Assembly (NCBI GenBank): GCA_963803845.1
Contig: CAWDNZ010000005.1
Span: 610,289 to 674,288 of the forward strand
From: an uncultured Acidimicrobiales bacterium
Lineage (GTDB): Bacteria; Actinomycetota; Acidimicrobiia; Acidimicrobiales; SZUA-35
DNA length: 64,000 nt
Direction of reading: 5' to 3'
How positions within the stretch are numbered: the first letter of the stretch is position 1; the number at the start of each line of letters is the position of its first letter. A program made the position numbers and the translations under genes. A model generated the notes under the pieces. That model was not told the DNA's origin. It did no database searches and was given only the letters and a program-made list of their open reading frames with translations. This document shows, piece after piece, positions 17,696-26,370 of this stretch.

Positions 17696-19444
17696 ATGAC
17701 CGATTCGCCTGCATCCTCTCCTTCGGCCAACCCCCGCGGTTCAGCTGAGTCGGAGAGCCAGACCCAGTCGTTGGACTTTGTTCGGGAGCTCGTTCAGGAA
17801 GATATTCGGTCGGGCAAATTCGCAGGGAGAGTCCAGACCCGCTTCCCACCGGAACCCAACGGTTTCCTTCACATTGGTCACGCCAAGTCGATCTACCTCA
17901 ACTTCGGGATCGCCGAGGAATTTGACGGCATCTGCATGCTGCGGTTCGACGACACAAACCCCGAGACCGAGGACACGTCGTTTGTTACGGCGATTCAAGA
18001 AGATCTTCAATGGCTGGGCGTCACCCCTTGGGGCTCAGTGCGGTTCGCATCCGACTACTTCGAGCAGCTGTTCGACTGGGCCGTGACCCTGATCGAGAAG
18101 GGGTTTGCCTTCGTCGATGACCAAGATGCCGACACGATCTCCGAGCAGCGGGGAGGCTACGGCCAACCCGGCGTTGAATCGCCCTTCCGTGACCGCACCG
18201 TAGAGGAGAATAAGGCGCTGTTTCTCGGAATGCGGCACGGGGAAAGCGCGGATGGTGAACGAGTGCTTCGGGCCAAGATCGATATGCAAGCCGACAACAT
18301 GTGGCTTCGAGATCCGGTGCTCTACCGGATTCGCCGCATCTCTCATCACCGGACGGGCTCGGACTGGATCATCTATCCCACCTACGACTGGGCTCACGGC
18401 CAAAGCGATGCGATCGAGGGTGTGACCCATTCACTCTGCACGCTCGAGTTCGCCGATCACCGACCGCTCTACAACTGGTGCCTCAGCCACCTTGATCTGC
18501 CGTACGACACGCCAGAGCAGACCGAATTCGCCCGCCTGAACATCACGCACACGGTTCTCTCCAAGCGCGTGCTTCGGAAGTTGGTCACCGACGGACATGT
18601 AGACGGATGGGATGATGCCCGGATGCCAACGGTCAGAGGTCTTCGGCGTCGTGGGTATCCCGCCTCGGCGCTCCGGAGTTTTGTCGATCGTGTTGGCGTG
18701 GCCAAGATCAATAGCACGGTGGAGGTCGAGTTGCTCGAGTCCTTCGTGCGCGATGAGCTGAACGTCACGGCCATGCGCCGGATGGCGGTAACCAAACCGC
18801 TGAAGGTCGTCATTTCCAATTGGCCCGAGGGCCTCGTGGAGTGGTTCGACGTCGCCAATCATCCAGGCGCACCTGAAGCTGGAACGCGGCGTGTTCCTTT
18901 CGCCGGTGAGCTCTGGATCGAAGAGGAGGATTTCCAACTAGTGCCGCCGCCAAAGTATTACCGGCTGAGCCCAGGACGCGAGGTCCGGCTTCGTTCGGCG
19001 TTCCTGATCACGGCTACCGAGGCGGTTCTCGATGATGACGGGAGTGTTCTTCAGGTGAACGCCACCTACGACCCGGAATCGCACGGTGGAACCGCCCCCG
19101 ACGGCCGCAAAGTGAAGTCAACGATGCACTGGGTCTCTGCCGCCCACGCGGTGGACATCACCGCCAATCTCTACGATCGACTGTTCACGTCCAGCCATCC
19201 GGGCGCCGACGGCGCAGATCCGCTTGATTCGGTCAACCCCAATTCCCGAGAGGTTTGCGGGGCCAAGGGAGAGCCGGTGCTGGCAGACGTGGAGCCGGGG
19301 GAGGTTGTCCAATTCGAGCGACTCGGATACTTCGCCGTCGATATGGATGACCCCACGGTCTTCCATCGAACCGTTGGGCTGCGAGACGAATGGGCCAAGA
19401 TCTCAAAGAGCAAAACCAACTCGAAGAGTAAAGGAAAGGCGTGA
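17696..19444 (+). CDS. glnS: glutamine--tRNA ligase
   Basis: ..TRFPPEPNGFLHIGHAKSIYLNFG.. (HIGH) and ..VLSKRVLRKL.. (KMSKS-type). 582 aa, colinear with class I GlnRS. Confidence 0.9.
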   Translation: MTDSPASSPSANPRGSAESESQTQSLDFVRELVQEDIRSGKFAGRVQTRFPPEPNGFLHIGHAKSIYLNFGIAEEFDGICMLRFDDTNPETEDTSFVTAIQEDLQWLGVTPWGSVRFASDYFEQLFDWAVTLIEKGFAFVDDQDADTISEQRGGYGQPGVESPFRDRTVEENKALFLGMRHGESADGERVLRAKIDMQADNMWLRDPVLYRIRRISHHRTGSDWIIYPTYDWAHGQSDAIEGVTHSLCTLEFADHRPLYNWCLSHLDLPYDTPEQTEFARLNITHTVLSKRVLRKLVTDGHVDGWDDARMPTVRGLRRRGYPASALRSFVDRVGVAKINSTVEVELLESFVRDELNVTAMRRMAVTKPLKVVISNWPEGLVEWFDVANHPGAPEAGTRRVPFAGELWIEEEDFQLVPPPKYYRLSPGREVRLRSAFLITATEAVLDDDGSVLQVNATYDPESHGGTAPDGRKVKSTMHWVSAAHAVDITANLYDRLFTSSHPGADGADPLDSVNPNSREVCGAKGEPVLADVEPGEVVQFERLGYFAVDMDDPTVFHRTVGLRDEWAKISKSKTNSKSKGKA

Positions 19445-19458
19445 GTTGCGGCTGACCT

Positions 19459-20988
19459 CTAGCCGCCGTGGAGCGTGAGTTCGAATGGATCGAACCCCAG
19501 AGGGTTGGCATTCGCTGAGCTCTTTGCCAAAGCGGCCGCCTGTTGAGCAAGCTCGGCCGCTTGTTCTGCCGACGACTTCGGCTGTTCAGCGGCCAGCTCG
19601 TTCACGAAGTAGACGCTGGCAACGCGATCGATCATTTTCGTGTCGAGGTTCCTGGCGATTCCTTCATATTCGCAAATGCCAATTGCCAGCTCGCAGAAGT
19701 CGATGGCGAGATAGGGACGAAGTTCACCGAGTTGTTCGTGGGCTTGTTCGCGAAGGCGCTCGGCTCCCTCGGCGGTCACCTGAAGGCCCTTGGCTTGTGC
19801 CACCCGGGCCAGGATCCAGTTGAAGGCCTCTTCTTCAATCGATCCAACAAAGACCTTGTTGCGAAGGCGGCGTAGGAACGCATCATCCCCAAGGGAGTTG
19901 GGGTTCAGGTTGGTCGAGCAAACGAGCTTGAGTTCAAACGGAACCGTGAACTTCGAACCGTTGGCAAGCTTGAGGAAATCAATGTTTCGGCTGAGTGGAA
20001 TGATCCAGCGGTTGAGTAGATCCGAGGGCCGGATCGCCTGTCGGCCAAAGTCGTCAACCACCAGGATTCCGTTACTGGCCAGCATTTGAAGGGGAGCGCG
20101 ATACACCCCCGACTTTCCGTCGAGTTCGAGATCAACCATGTCCATCGTGAGTTCACCGCCCACGATCACAATTGGGCGGGCACAGAGGACCCAGCGAGGG
20201 TCTAGGGCCGAAGGCTGCGGTGAAACCGGGTGGTGTACGGCCGGATCGAAGATGGTGATGATTTCGCCGTCTACCTCGATCGCATGCGGGATGAGGATGG
20301 CGTCACCGTGGATACGGATCATCCGTTCGGCCAAGGAGGTCTTGCCGGTTCCGGGAGGTCCGTAGAGAAAGATGGCGCCATCGTTCAGGAAGGCTGGGCC
20401 AAGCTGATCCAGCAGGGCGTCGCTGACCACGAGGTCACTGAAGGCAGCTTTCACGTTGTCTCGAGTGATCTTCAACTTCGCTTTTTGAGCATTCACCGTC
20501 TGTATGTAGAGGCTCAACGGAACCGGGAGCGTGTCGGAGTAGCTGCAGTCCCGCATCGCCTCCACGGTGTGCTGGCGACCCTGTTCGGTGAGGCCGACCA
20601 TGTAGTCGCGACCGTCGAGGCCATGGAATTCCAATTCGTTGCGTGTGCGAAGGTCTTCGGCAACGATCGTGGCGATGCTTTGCGACAGCCCGATTTCCTG
20701 GGCGGCCTGACGGATTGTGGTACGGCGTGACGCAAGGACCCTGCGACAGAACAGGTCTTCCACCATGTTGTCGGGAATCCCTAGATCCTCCCGGCGCGCT
20801 GGCATCCGATAGGCCGGACCGACTCCGGCGCCTCGAGGGGCAGCCTGTTGGGGGGCAGCCTGCTCGGATGCGGGTGCAGCCTGTGGCGGCGCCGTCTGCG
20901 CGGGTGCGGTGCGGTAGCGGTGCGGAAGCGGTTGCTGGCGCGGGCGCCGGTTCCGCCGGCGGTGCACTCTGAATTTGGGTGTTGTCAC
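19459..20988 (-). CDS. AAA+ family ATPase with a Pro/Ala/Gln-rich N-terminal extension and a possible winged-helix segment
   Basis: Walker A LYGPPGTGKTSLAERM and Walker B ILVVDDFGRQ. The start is uncertain (an alternative ATG is at 20805). Confidence 0.8.
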   Translation of the reverse strand: MTTPKFRVHRRRNRRPRQQPLPHRYRTAPAQTAPPQAAPASEQAAPQQAAPRGAGVGPAYRMPARREDLGIPDNMVEDLFCRRVLASRRTTIRQAAQEIGLSQSIATIVAEDLRTRNELEFHGLDGRDYMVGLTEQGRQHTVEAMRDCSYSDTLPVPLSLYIQTVNAQKAKLKITRDNVKAAFSDLVVSDALLDQLGPAFLNDGAIFLYGPPGTGKTSLAERMIRIHGDAILIPHAIEVDGEIITIFDPAVHHPVSPQPSALDPRWVLCARPIVIVGGELTMDMVDLELDGKSGVYRAPLQMLASNGILVVDDFGRQAIRPSDLLNRWIIPLSRNIDFLKLANGSKFTVPFELKLVCSTNLNPNSLGDDAFLRRLRNKVFVGSIEEEAFNWILARVAQAKGLQVTAEGAERLREQAHEQLGELRPYLAIDFCELAIGICEYEGIARNLDTKMIDRVASVYFVNELAAEQPKSSAEQAAELAQQAAALAKSSANANPLGFDPFELTLHGG

Positions 20989-21071
20989 TCACAAGCACGG
21001 TTTCGGCGCATATCGGTCTCGGCTGTAGTAGTTCTGCGGTGTTCCCCTAGTCAGACGATTAGTCTCGCCTC

Positions 21072-22106
21072 ATGATCGATTTGCGGTCCGACACGATGAC
21101 CAGACCTACTGCGGGGATGCGCGCCGTCATGCATGACGCCGAAGTAGGCGATGACGTGTATGGCGAAGACCCGACCGTGAACCGTCTCGAGGCCCATGCC
21201 GCCGAGTTGTTGGGCAAGGATGCCGGTGTGTTCGTCGCTACGGGCACGCAGTCCAACCTCTGCGGGATCCTCGCTCATTGTCAGCGCGGCGATGAGTACC
21301 TGGTGGGACAACTGGCGCACACCTACAAGTGGGAGGGCGGCGGTGCCGCCGTCCTCGGAAGTGTGCAGCCCCAACCGGTAGAGATGCAGGCGGATGGAAC
21401 GATGGATCTCGACGTGTTGGCGAGTTACATCAAGCCTCAGCCCAGCCTCAATCATTTTGCACACTCCAAGTTGCTGGCACTGGAGAACACCCACGATGGC
21501 AAGGTGCTGCCTCAGGGGTATGTGGAACAGGCTCAGCAAGTTGCCAGAGCCCACGGTCTCGCTCTTCACCTCGACGGTGCCCGCCTGTTTAATGCCGCGG
21601 TGGCCGATGGTGTTGCGCCCCGAGACGTCGCCGCCGGATTTGACACGGTCTCGGTCTGCCTAAGCAAGGGACTGGGTGCTCCGGTTGGTTCGGTTCTGGT
21701 GGGTTCACAGGACCTGGTCCAGAACGCCCGCCGGTGGCGCAAGATGCTAGGGGGCGGTATGCGTCAAGCTGGCGTGATTGCAGCCGGTGGCCTCTACGCG
21801 TTGGAGCACAACATCGACCGTCTCGCCGATGATCACCGTCGAGCCTCAGAACTCGCCGCGGGCCTAGCCGAAATCCCCGCAATCGACGTGACCGGGCACG
21901 CCACGAACATGGTCTTCATCACGATCGAAGAGAAAGTGGCCCAGGGGAGCGGCGCGAACGATTGGGCTGTGTTCAAACAGACCATGGCCGATCAGGGAGT
22001 TCAGCTGCGGGGTGGACCGCACTTCCGCTTGGTCACCCATCTCGACATCGACGACGAGGCAACCGCTGCGGTGATCGCCGCATTCACAAGGACCCTGGGC
22101 GCATAA
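21072..22106 (+). CDS. ltaE: low-specificity L-threonine aldolase
   Basis: MIDLRSDTMTRPTAGMRAVM..GDDVYGEDPTVNRLE.. is the classical beta-eliminating lyase / threonine aldolase N-terminus. 344 aa. Confidence 0.9.
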   Translation: MIDLRSDTMTRPTAGMRAVMHDAEVGDDVYGEDPTVNRLEAHAAELLGKDAGVFVATGTQSNLCGILAHCQRGDEYLVGQLAHTYKWEGGGAAVLGSVQPQPVEMQADGTMDLDVLASYIKPQPSLNHFAHSKLLALENTHDGKVLPQGYVEQAQQVARAHGLALHLDGARLFNAAVADGVAPRDVAAGFDTVSVCLSKGLGAPVGSVLVGSQDLVQNARRWRKMLGGGMRQAGVIAAGGLYALEHNIDRLADDHRRASELAAGLAEIPAIDVTGHATNMVFITIEEKVAQGSGANDWAVFKQTMADQGVQLRGGPHFRLVTHLDIDDEATAAVIAAFTRTLGA

Positions 22107-22142
22107 GTCAAGCGCACGACGTCCTCGGGGGCGGGTCTTTTC

Positions 22143-22859
22143 TTAGACCGTGCCCGAAAGCGGGTATTCGGTCGAGCCCGTCACCGCATGAACCGTGTCG
22201 TCTATCCATCGCTCACGCATCGCTGATGTCAGGTCGCCAATGGCAACGTGCAGTGCGAGTGCGTCGACGCCAGGGGCGAATGTGGTGCGGTGCACCACAT
22301 CACCCTGAACAACCGTGACCTCTTCGGGAAGCACTTCACTGGAGCCAGCCGCAAGAAGTTCCGAATGGCGCGGTGCGGGTGGTGATTCCGGCGGAGAGTG
22401 CAGATCCAGATCGAGCTCACCCTCGGTGACATCGGCAAGTTCTACGCCAGTCTCCACGGCTACTCGAGGGCGGGGACTCCAACCCTCAACTCTCTCATGA
22501 GGGTCGGTGGTTGAGAGTTGGTCTTCTGAGTCAGTGGTTTCCGGTTCGATTTCAGTGAACACATCCACCACCACGCGACCGGCGAGCACCGCTACCGCAA
22601 TGGGCACTCCGTGTCGTTGCGGTGGCCCCAAAACACCGTCGGCGGATCTCACCAGAGTCACGGTGATGACCTCATTGCTGGCGAGAGTGGCAACCAGTCC
22701 GGTGTTCGGTTCTCGCTGGGCGGGGTGGAAGGGGTTGTCAATCGGTTCGAGCCCGCCGTCATCAACGAATTCGCTGAGCACAACCGCTATGTCACGTTCG
22801 GGCTCGGCCGTCATGGCCGCACGCCGGAGTCTTTCGATCAGAGTTGCGGAGGAGGTCAT
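22143..22859 (-). CDS. hypothetical protein (possibly a cupin-like fold)
   Basis: 238 aa ORF with no motif recognised. Divergent from the alpha/beta hydrolase gene across a repeat-filled spacer. Confidence 0.55.
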   Translation of the reverse strand: MTSSATLIERLRRAAMTAEPERDIAVVLSEFVDDGGLEPIDNPFHPAQREPNTGLVATLASNEVITVTLVRSADGVLGPPQRHGVPIAVAVLAGRVVVDVFTEIEPETTDSEDQLSTTDPHERVEGWSPRPRVAVETGVELADVTEGELDLDLHSPPESPPAPRHSELLAAGSSEVLPEEVTVVQGDVVHRTTFAPGVDALALHVAIGDLTSAMRERWIDDTVHAVTGSTEYPLSGTV

Positions 22860-22871
22860 GACTCCTCAGAG

Positions 22872-22949
22872 GTTACGGGTGTCGGACAGCGTTACGGGTG
22901 TGTCGGACAGCGTTACGAGTGTGTCGAACAGCGTTGCGGGTGTACAGCG
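22872..22949 (+). repeat. 3.8 tandem copies of a 21 bp unit (GTTACGGGTGTGTCGGACAGC) in a divergent promoter region
   Basis: Copies at 22872, 22891, 22912 and 22933 (partial). TCGGACA/TCGAACA cores at 22882, 22903 and 22924 are in exact 21 bp phasing. Confidence 0.9.
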
Positions 22950-22975
22950 CTGACCGGACGGTACCTTTGATCACG

Positions 22976-23734
22976 ATGCCTGCGCACTCCAGCCAAATCG
23001 TTCTCCTGCATGGCACCGGCATGGACTCCTCCATGTGGGCCGGTTTCCGGTCTGCCTTGGAGCGGAGTGGTGTTGACGCTGAGAAGATTCATGCGGTAGA
23101 TCTGTTGGGCCATGGCTCCACGCCTCGCCCCAGTAGACCGCTACACATCGACGATTATGTCCGTCAGGTCCGAAAGTTCATCATCCAAGCGGACCTGGGG
23201 GCGGTGCAGTTAGTCGGTCACTCATTGGGTGGCCTCGTCGCCTTGGCCGTGGCAGCCACTCACCCCGAGGTCGTTACCGATGTGGTCGTCATCGGTGTTC
23301 CCTACGGTCGCAGTGATGACCAGCGCAATGAATGGTTAGATCTGATGATGAAGGCTGGATCACTCCTCGAGGATGAATCTACAGACTCGGCGGACAATTT
23401 GGCCGAGGTGATTTCGGAGCTGGGGAATCGCTGGTGTGGTGAGGGCGAGCGGTCAAAGCGGGCGGTGGCCGACCAGGTCGGATCTCTCGATGCCAAGACC
23501 TTCGGGCTGGTCTTCAGGATCTCTATGACCTCGGAGTCGCTCATTGCTGAGTTCGCCCCCGAGATAACCGCTCCGGTGCTGGTGGCTGCCGGCGATGCGG
23601 ATCGTGAGGTTGATGCGGCCGGAGTTGATGAGCTCACAAGGGCTCTGAACACAGCGCGAGCGGAGATGATCTCCGGTCACCATCACCTCTCGATCATCGA
23701 CGATCCTGAGCCCTACGTAGCGCTTCTTTCTTGA
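22976..23734 (+). CDS. alpha/beta hydrolase
   Basis: ATG 22976 gives MPAHSSQIVLLHGTGMDSSMW.. Nucleophile elbow VGHSLGG. Confidence 0.85.
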   Translation: MPAHSSQIVLLHGTGMDSSMWAGFRSALERSGVDAEKIHAVDLLGHGSTPRPSRPLHIDDYVRQVRKFIIQADLGAVQLVGHSLGGLVALAVAATHPEVVTDVVVIGVPYGRSDDQRNEWLDLMMKAGSLLEDESTDSADNLAEVISELGNRWCGEGERSKRAVADQVGSLDAKTFGLVFRISMTSESLIAEFAPEITAPVLVAAGDADREVDAAGVDELTRALNTARAEMISGHHHLSIIDDPEPYVALLS

Positions 23735-23770
23735 CACGAAACCCTCAGCTAGAGGGAGTGGGAAAAGAGA

Positions 23771-23794
23771 ACAACCGGCCTCAAGGCCGGTTGT
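23771..23794. terminator. bidirectional hairpin terminator between convergent genes
   Basis: ACAACCGGCC / GGCCGGTTGT 10 bp stem with loop TCAA. T-rich tract immediately after the stem on the minus strand, and a TTTT run a few nt downstream on the plus strand. Confidence 0.6.
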
Positions 23795-23832
23795 TGCAGA
23801 CGATTTTGGCACCCGCGGTGGGCGCCCGGGTT

Positions 23833-24084
23833 TCAGCGGCGCCGGCGCCGGCGGGTGGCATCGGTGCGGCGGGCGATGGCCACCACCTCGCTGAGACGCT
23901 CCTTCATTGGGGCCTCAGAGGTGTCAGAGGTGAAGTCCAATTCGGAAGCGAGTGCCTCGAGCACTGCACTGACGCTCACGCCTTCCTGGGCTGCGAACGT
24001 GTGCCATAGCTCGTGGGCGTCATCGCTGAGGTAGGCGTGGAGGGCTTTTCGCTGTTGGGTCGTGGTTGTCACGGCGGCATCCAA
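23833..24084 (-). CDS. small hypothetical protein with an Arg-rich C-terminus
   Basis: 83 aa ORF with a plausible helical sequence (..EGVSVSAVLEALASEL..). Followed by the hairpin at 23771. Confidence 0.4.
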   Translation of the reverse strand: MDAAVTTTTQQRKALHAYLSDDAHELWHTFAAQEGVSVSAVLEALASELDFTSDTSEAPMKERLSEVVAIARRTDATRRRRRR

Positions 24085-24283
24085 TCATGTATCTGGTTCG
24101 TAACCGTTGCGTGACAACGGCACGATTTTCTATCGGCATGGACAAGGGTCTACTTGACCCGTTCTCGACGATAATTCAAATTTGGACTTGGATAATCGCC
24201 GTATCGCCAGCCTACACCAGCTTGTCCATTGATGCGTTTCCCGACCTAGGTAGAACTACTTGGTGATGCTTGTCCGTGCTCTG

Positions 24284-24352
24284 CTTCCGGGTCGCTCGGC
24301 TCGGTGCTTCTGGGTCGCTCGGCTCGGTGCTTCCGGGTCGCTCGGCTCGGTG
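24284..24352 (+). repeat. three tandem copies of a 23 bp unit (CTTCCGGGTCGCTCGGCTCGGTG)
   Basis: Read directly. Lies 145 bp upstream of the substrate-binding protein start codon. Confidence 0.9.
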
Positions 24353-24496
24353 GTGCTGTGGCAGTGAATTTGACACTTTGTTGCGAAGCGGTGCTGTGAC
24401 CAGAAATCCCGTTGTTGCGGGGTTACGCTGTCTCGCTGAAGCAAATCCCCTGTCTCCAACCGTGGAGACGACCGGGGAATTTACAAGGAGAGTGCA

Positions 24497-25885
24497 ATGG
24501 TTAAGAGCAAAATTTGGCGCATACTCGCCATGCTGCTGGCCTTCTCGCTCGTCGCTGCCGCATGCGGTAGTGGTGACGAAGAGGTCGCAACTGACGATGG
24601 AGAAACTACGACTACCGAACCTGCGGCCACCGACGACGGTGAAATGACCGAGGACGATAGCGCAGCCACCGACGACGGCGAGATGACCGAAGACGACGGT
24701 GAGATGACCGAGTCTGCGACCGTCGAAGCTGCCCCAACCTGCGCCGGTGAGTCCGACGGGGTTCTGCAAATCGGCGGACTTCTGCCCCAGACTGGAAACC
24801 TTGCATTCCTCGGCCCGCCCGAAGAAGCCGGTGCCGCTCTAGCCGTTGAAGAAATCAACGCTGCCGGTGGTGTCAATGGAGCGGACGTCGTGTTCAGCCC
24901 CGGTGACTCCAGCGACAATGCCGACGTAGCCAACCAGACCGTTGACCGCCTCCTCGCTGAGGGTGTCGATGTTGTGCTTGGTGCTGCCAGCTCCGGTGTG
25001 TCGTTCACCGTGATCGACAAGATCACTCAGAACTGCAAGATTCACTTCAGCCCGGCCAACACCAGCCCCGACTTCACCGACTACCCCGAAGACGACCTGT
25101 ACTTCCGTACCGCTCCGTCGGACATCCTTCAGGGTCGTGTGCTTGCTGACCTCATCGTGAACGAAGGCAACACCACCGTCACCCTCATGGCTCTCCAGGA
25201 TCCATACGGTGAAGGCCTGCTGAAGTTCACCAAGGAGCCGCTCGAAGAAGCGGGCGTTGAGGTCGTAGAAGACTTTGTGTACGACGCTGCCGCCCAGAAC
25301 TTCGACGCTGAAGTTCAGAAGGTCGTCGCCGCTGACGCAGAGGCTGTAGTGCTCATCGGTTTCGCCGAGAGCTCCACCATCCTGACCGGCATGTTCGAGG
25401 CTGGCGTTTCCGGAACCATCTACCTCGTAGACGGCAACATCGGTAACGCACTGGGAGAGAACTTCTCTGAGCCAGGCGCACTCGAAGGCATCAAGGGCAC
25501 CCTCCCAGGAGCCGAGATCACCGCCGACTTCAAGGACCGTCTCCTAGCGGTAGACCCCGCCTTGGTTGACTTCAGCTATGGCCCCGAGACCTACGACGCC
25601 GTGATCATCTCGGCGCTCGCAGCTCAGGCCGCTGGTACAGACAACCCGGCCGAGATGGCGAAGGTAATGAACGGTGTGACCCGAGACGGAGAGAAGTGCA
25701 CCAGCTTTGCTGACTGCAAGGCTCTCCTCGAGGCCGGCACCGACATTGACTACGATGGTCCCTCCGGTCCCCAGGCCTTTGGCCCGGCCGGCGAGCCCAC
25801 CGAAGCCAGCTTCCTTATCCTGCAATACGGCAATGACAACCGGATCGATGAGAGCCTGACCACTTACGAGTTCGCCAAGCTGTAA
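24497..25885 (+). CDS. ABC transporter substrate-binding lipoprotein, branched-chain amino acid (LivJ/LivK) type
   Basis: AAGGAG RBS. Lipobox LVAAAC. Acidic repeat linker, then ..LQIGGLLPQTGNLAFLGPPEEAGAALAVEEINAAGGVNG.. typical of type I periplasmic binding proteins. Confidence 0.9.
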   Translation: MVKSKIWRILAMLLAFSLVAAACGSGDEEVATDDGETTTTEPAATDDGEMTEDDSAATDDGEMTEDDGEMTESATVEAAPTCAGESDGVLQIGGLLPQTGNLAFLGPPEEAGAALAVEEINAAGGVNGADVVFSPGDSSDNADVANQTVDRLLAEGVDVVLGAASSGVSFTVIDKITQNCKIHFSPANTSPDFTDYPEDDLYFRTAPSDILQGRVLADLIVNEGNTTVTLMALQDPYGEGLLKFTKEPLEEAGVEVVEDFVYDAAAQNFDAEVQKVVAADAEAVVLIGFAESSTILTGMFEAGVSGTIYLVDGNIGNALGENFSEPGALEGIKGTLPGAEITADFKDRLLAVDPALVDFSYGPETYDAVIISALAAQAAGTDNPAEMAKVMNGVTRDGEKCTSFADCKALLEAGTDIDYDGPSGPQAFGPAGEPTEASFLILQYGNDNRIDESLTTYEFAKL

Positions 25886-25921
25886 TCGAGAGTTAGACAA
25901 ACTCGGCTAGCCGAGTAAACG

Positions 25922-25955
25922 GAACGGGCGCCCATCGGGCGCCCGTTCTGGTTTT
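25922..25955 (+). terminator. rho-independent terminator
   Basis: GAACGGGCGCCC / GGGCGCCCGTTC 12 bp arms followed by TGGTTTT. Confidence 0.75.
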
Positions 25956-25999
25956 GCGGCCTCAATCGATGGTTGAGGGTTCGATACGCGAAGACAAGA

Positions 26000-26358
26000 G
26001 AGCTCACGCTGAGTGACTTCGGCAGAACTGCGTGTTACCCCCCCCCGGAGGGATGAGGTCCCCTGAGTTGTCAGACCTGAACCGATCTATGCAACTAGTG
26101 CAGTGCCGGAGGCGAGGGCTCCGTGCCCGGCGGAACGGCCCCCGGAGGGAACGCAATCATGAAGCCAGCAGATAGCGCCGCAGGCCCCCGGGTACCCACA
26201 AGACGAAACCCCAGGCGAAGCGACAGACGCTGAGCAGTCCGAGCTAGACGTAACCGAGCACCTATTGCCACGCCGAAGGCAAAGGCTGCGTGCCGACTGA
26301 ACGTCCCCCGGAGGGACAACAATCATGCCGCCAGCTCACATCGCGCCGCAGGCCCCGG
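26000..26358 (-). repeat. REP-like family copies in inverted orientation relative to the 6981 array
   Basis: Core boxes CCCCCGGAGGGA at 26042, 26139 and 26305. 26105-26152 matches the reverse complement of head type B. Confidence 0.8.
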
Positions 26359-26370
26359 ATTTGTTGGCTC

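Noticed and set aside
24212-24769. 185 aa minus-strand ORF overlapping the LivJ-like gene start and the 23 bp repeats
   Set aside because: It is antisense to a gene with a clear RBS, lipobox and family motifs. Its repetitive peptide reflects the tandem repeats.
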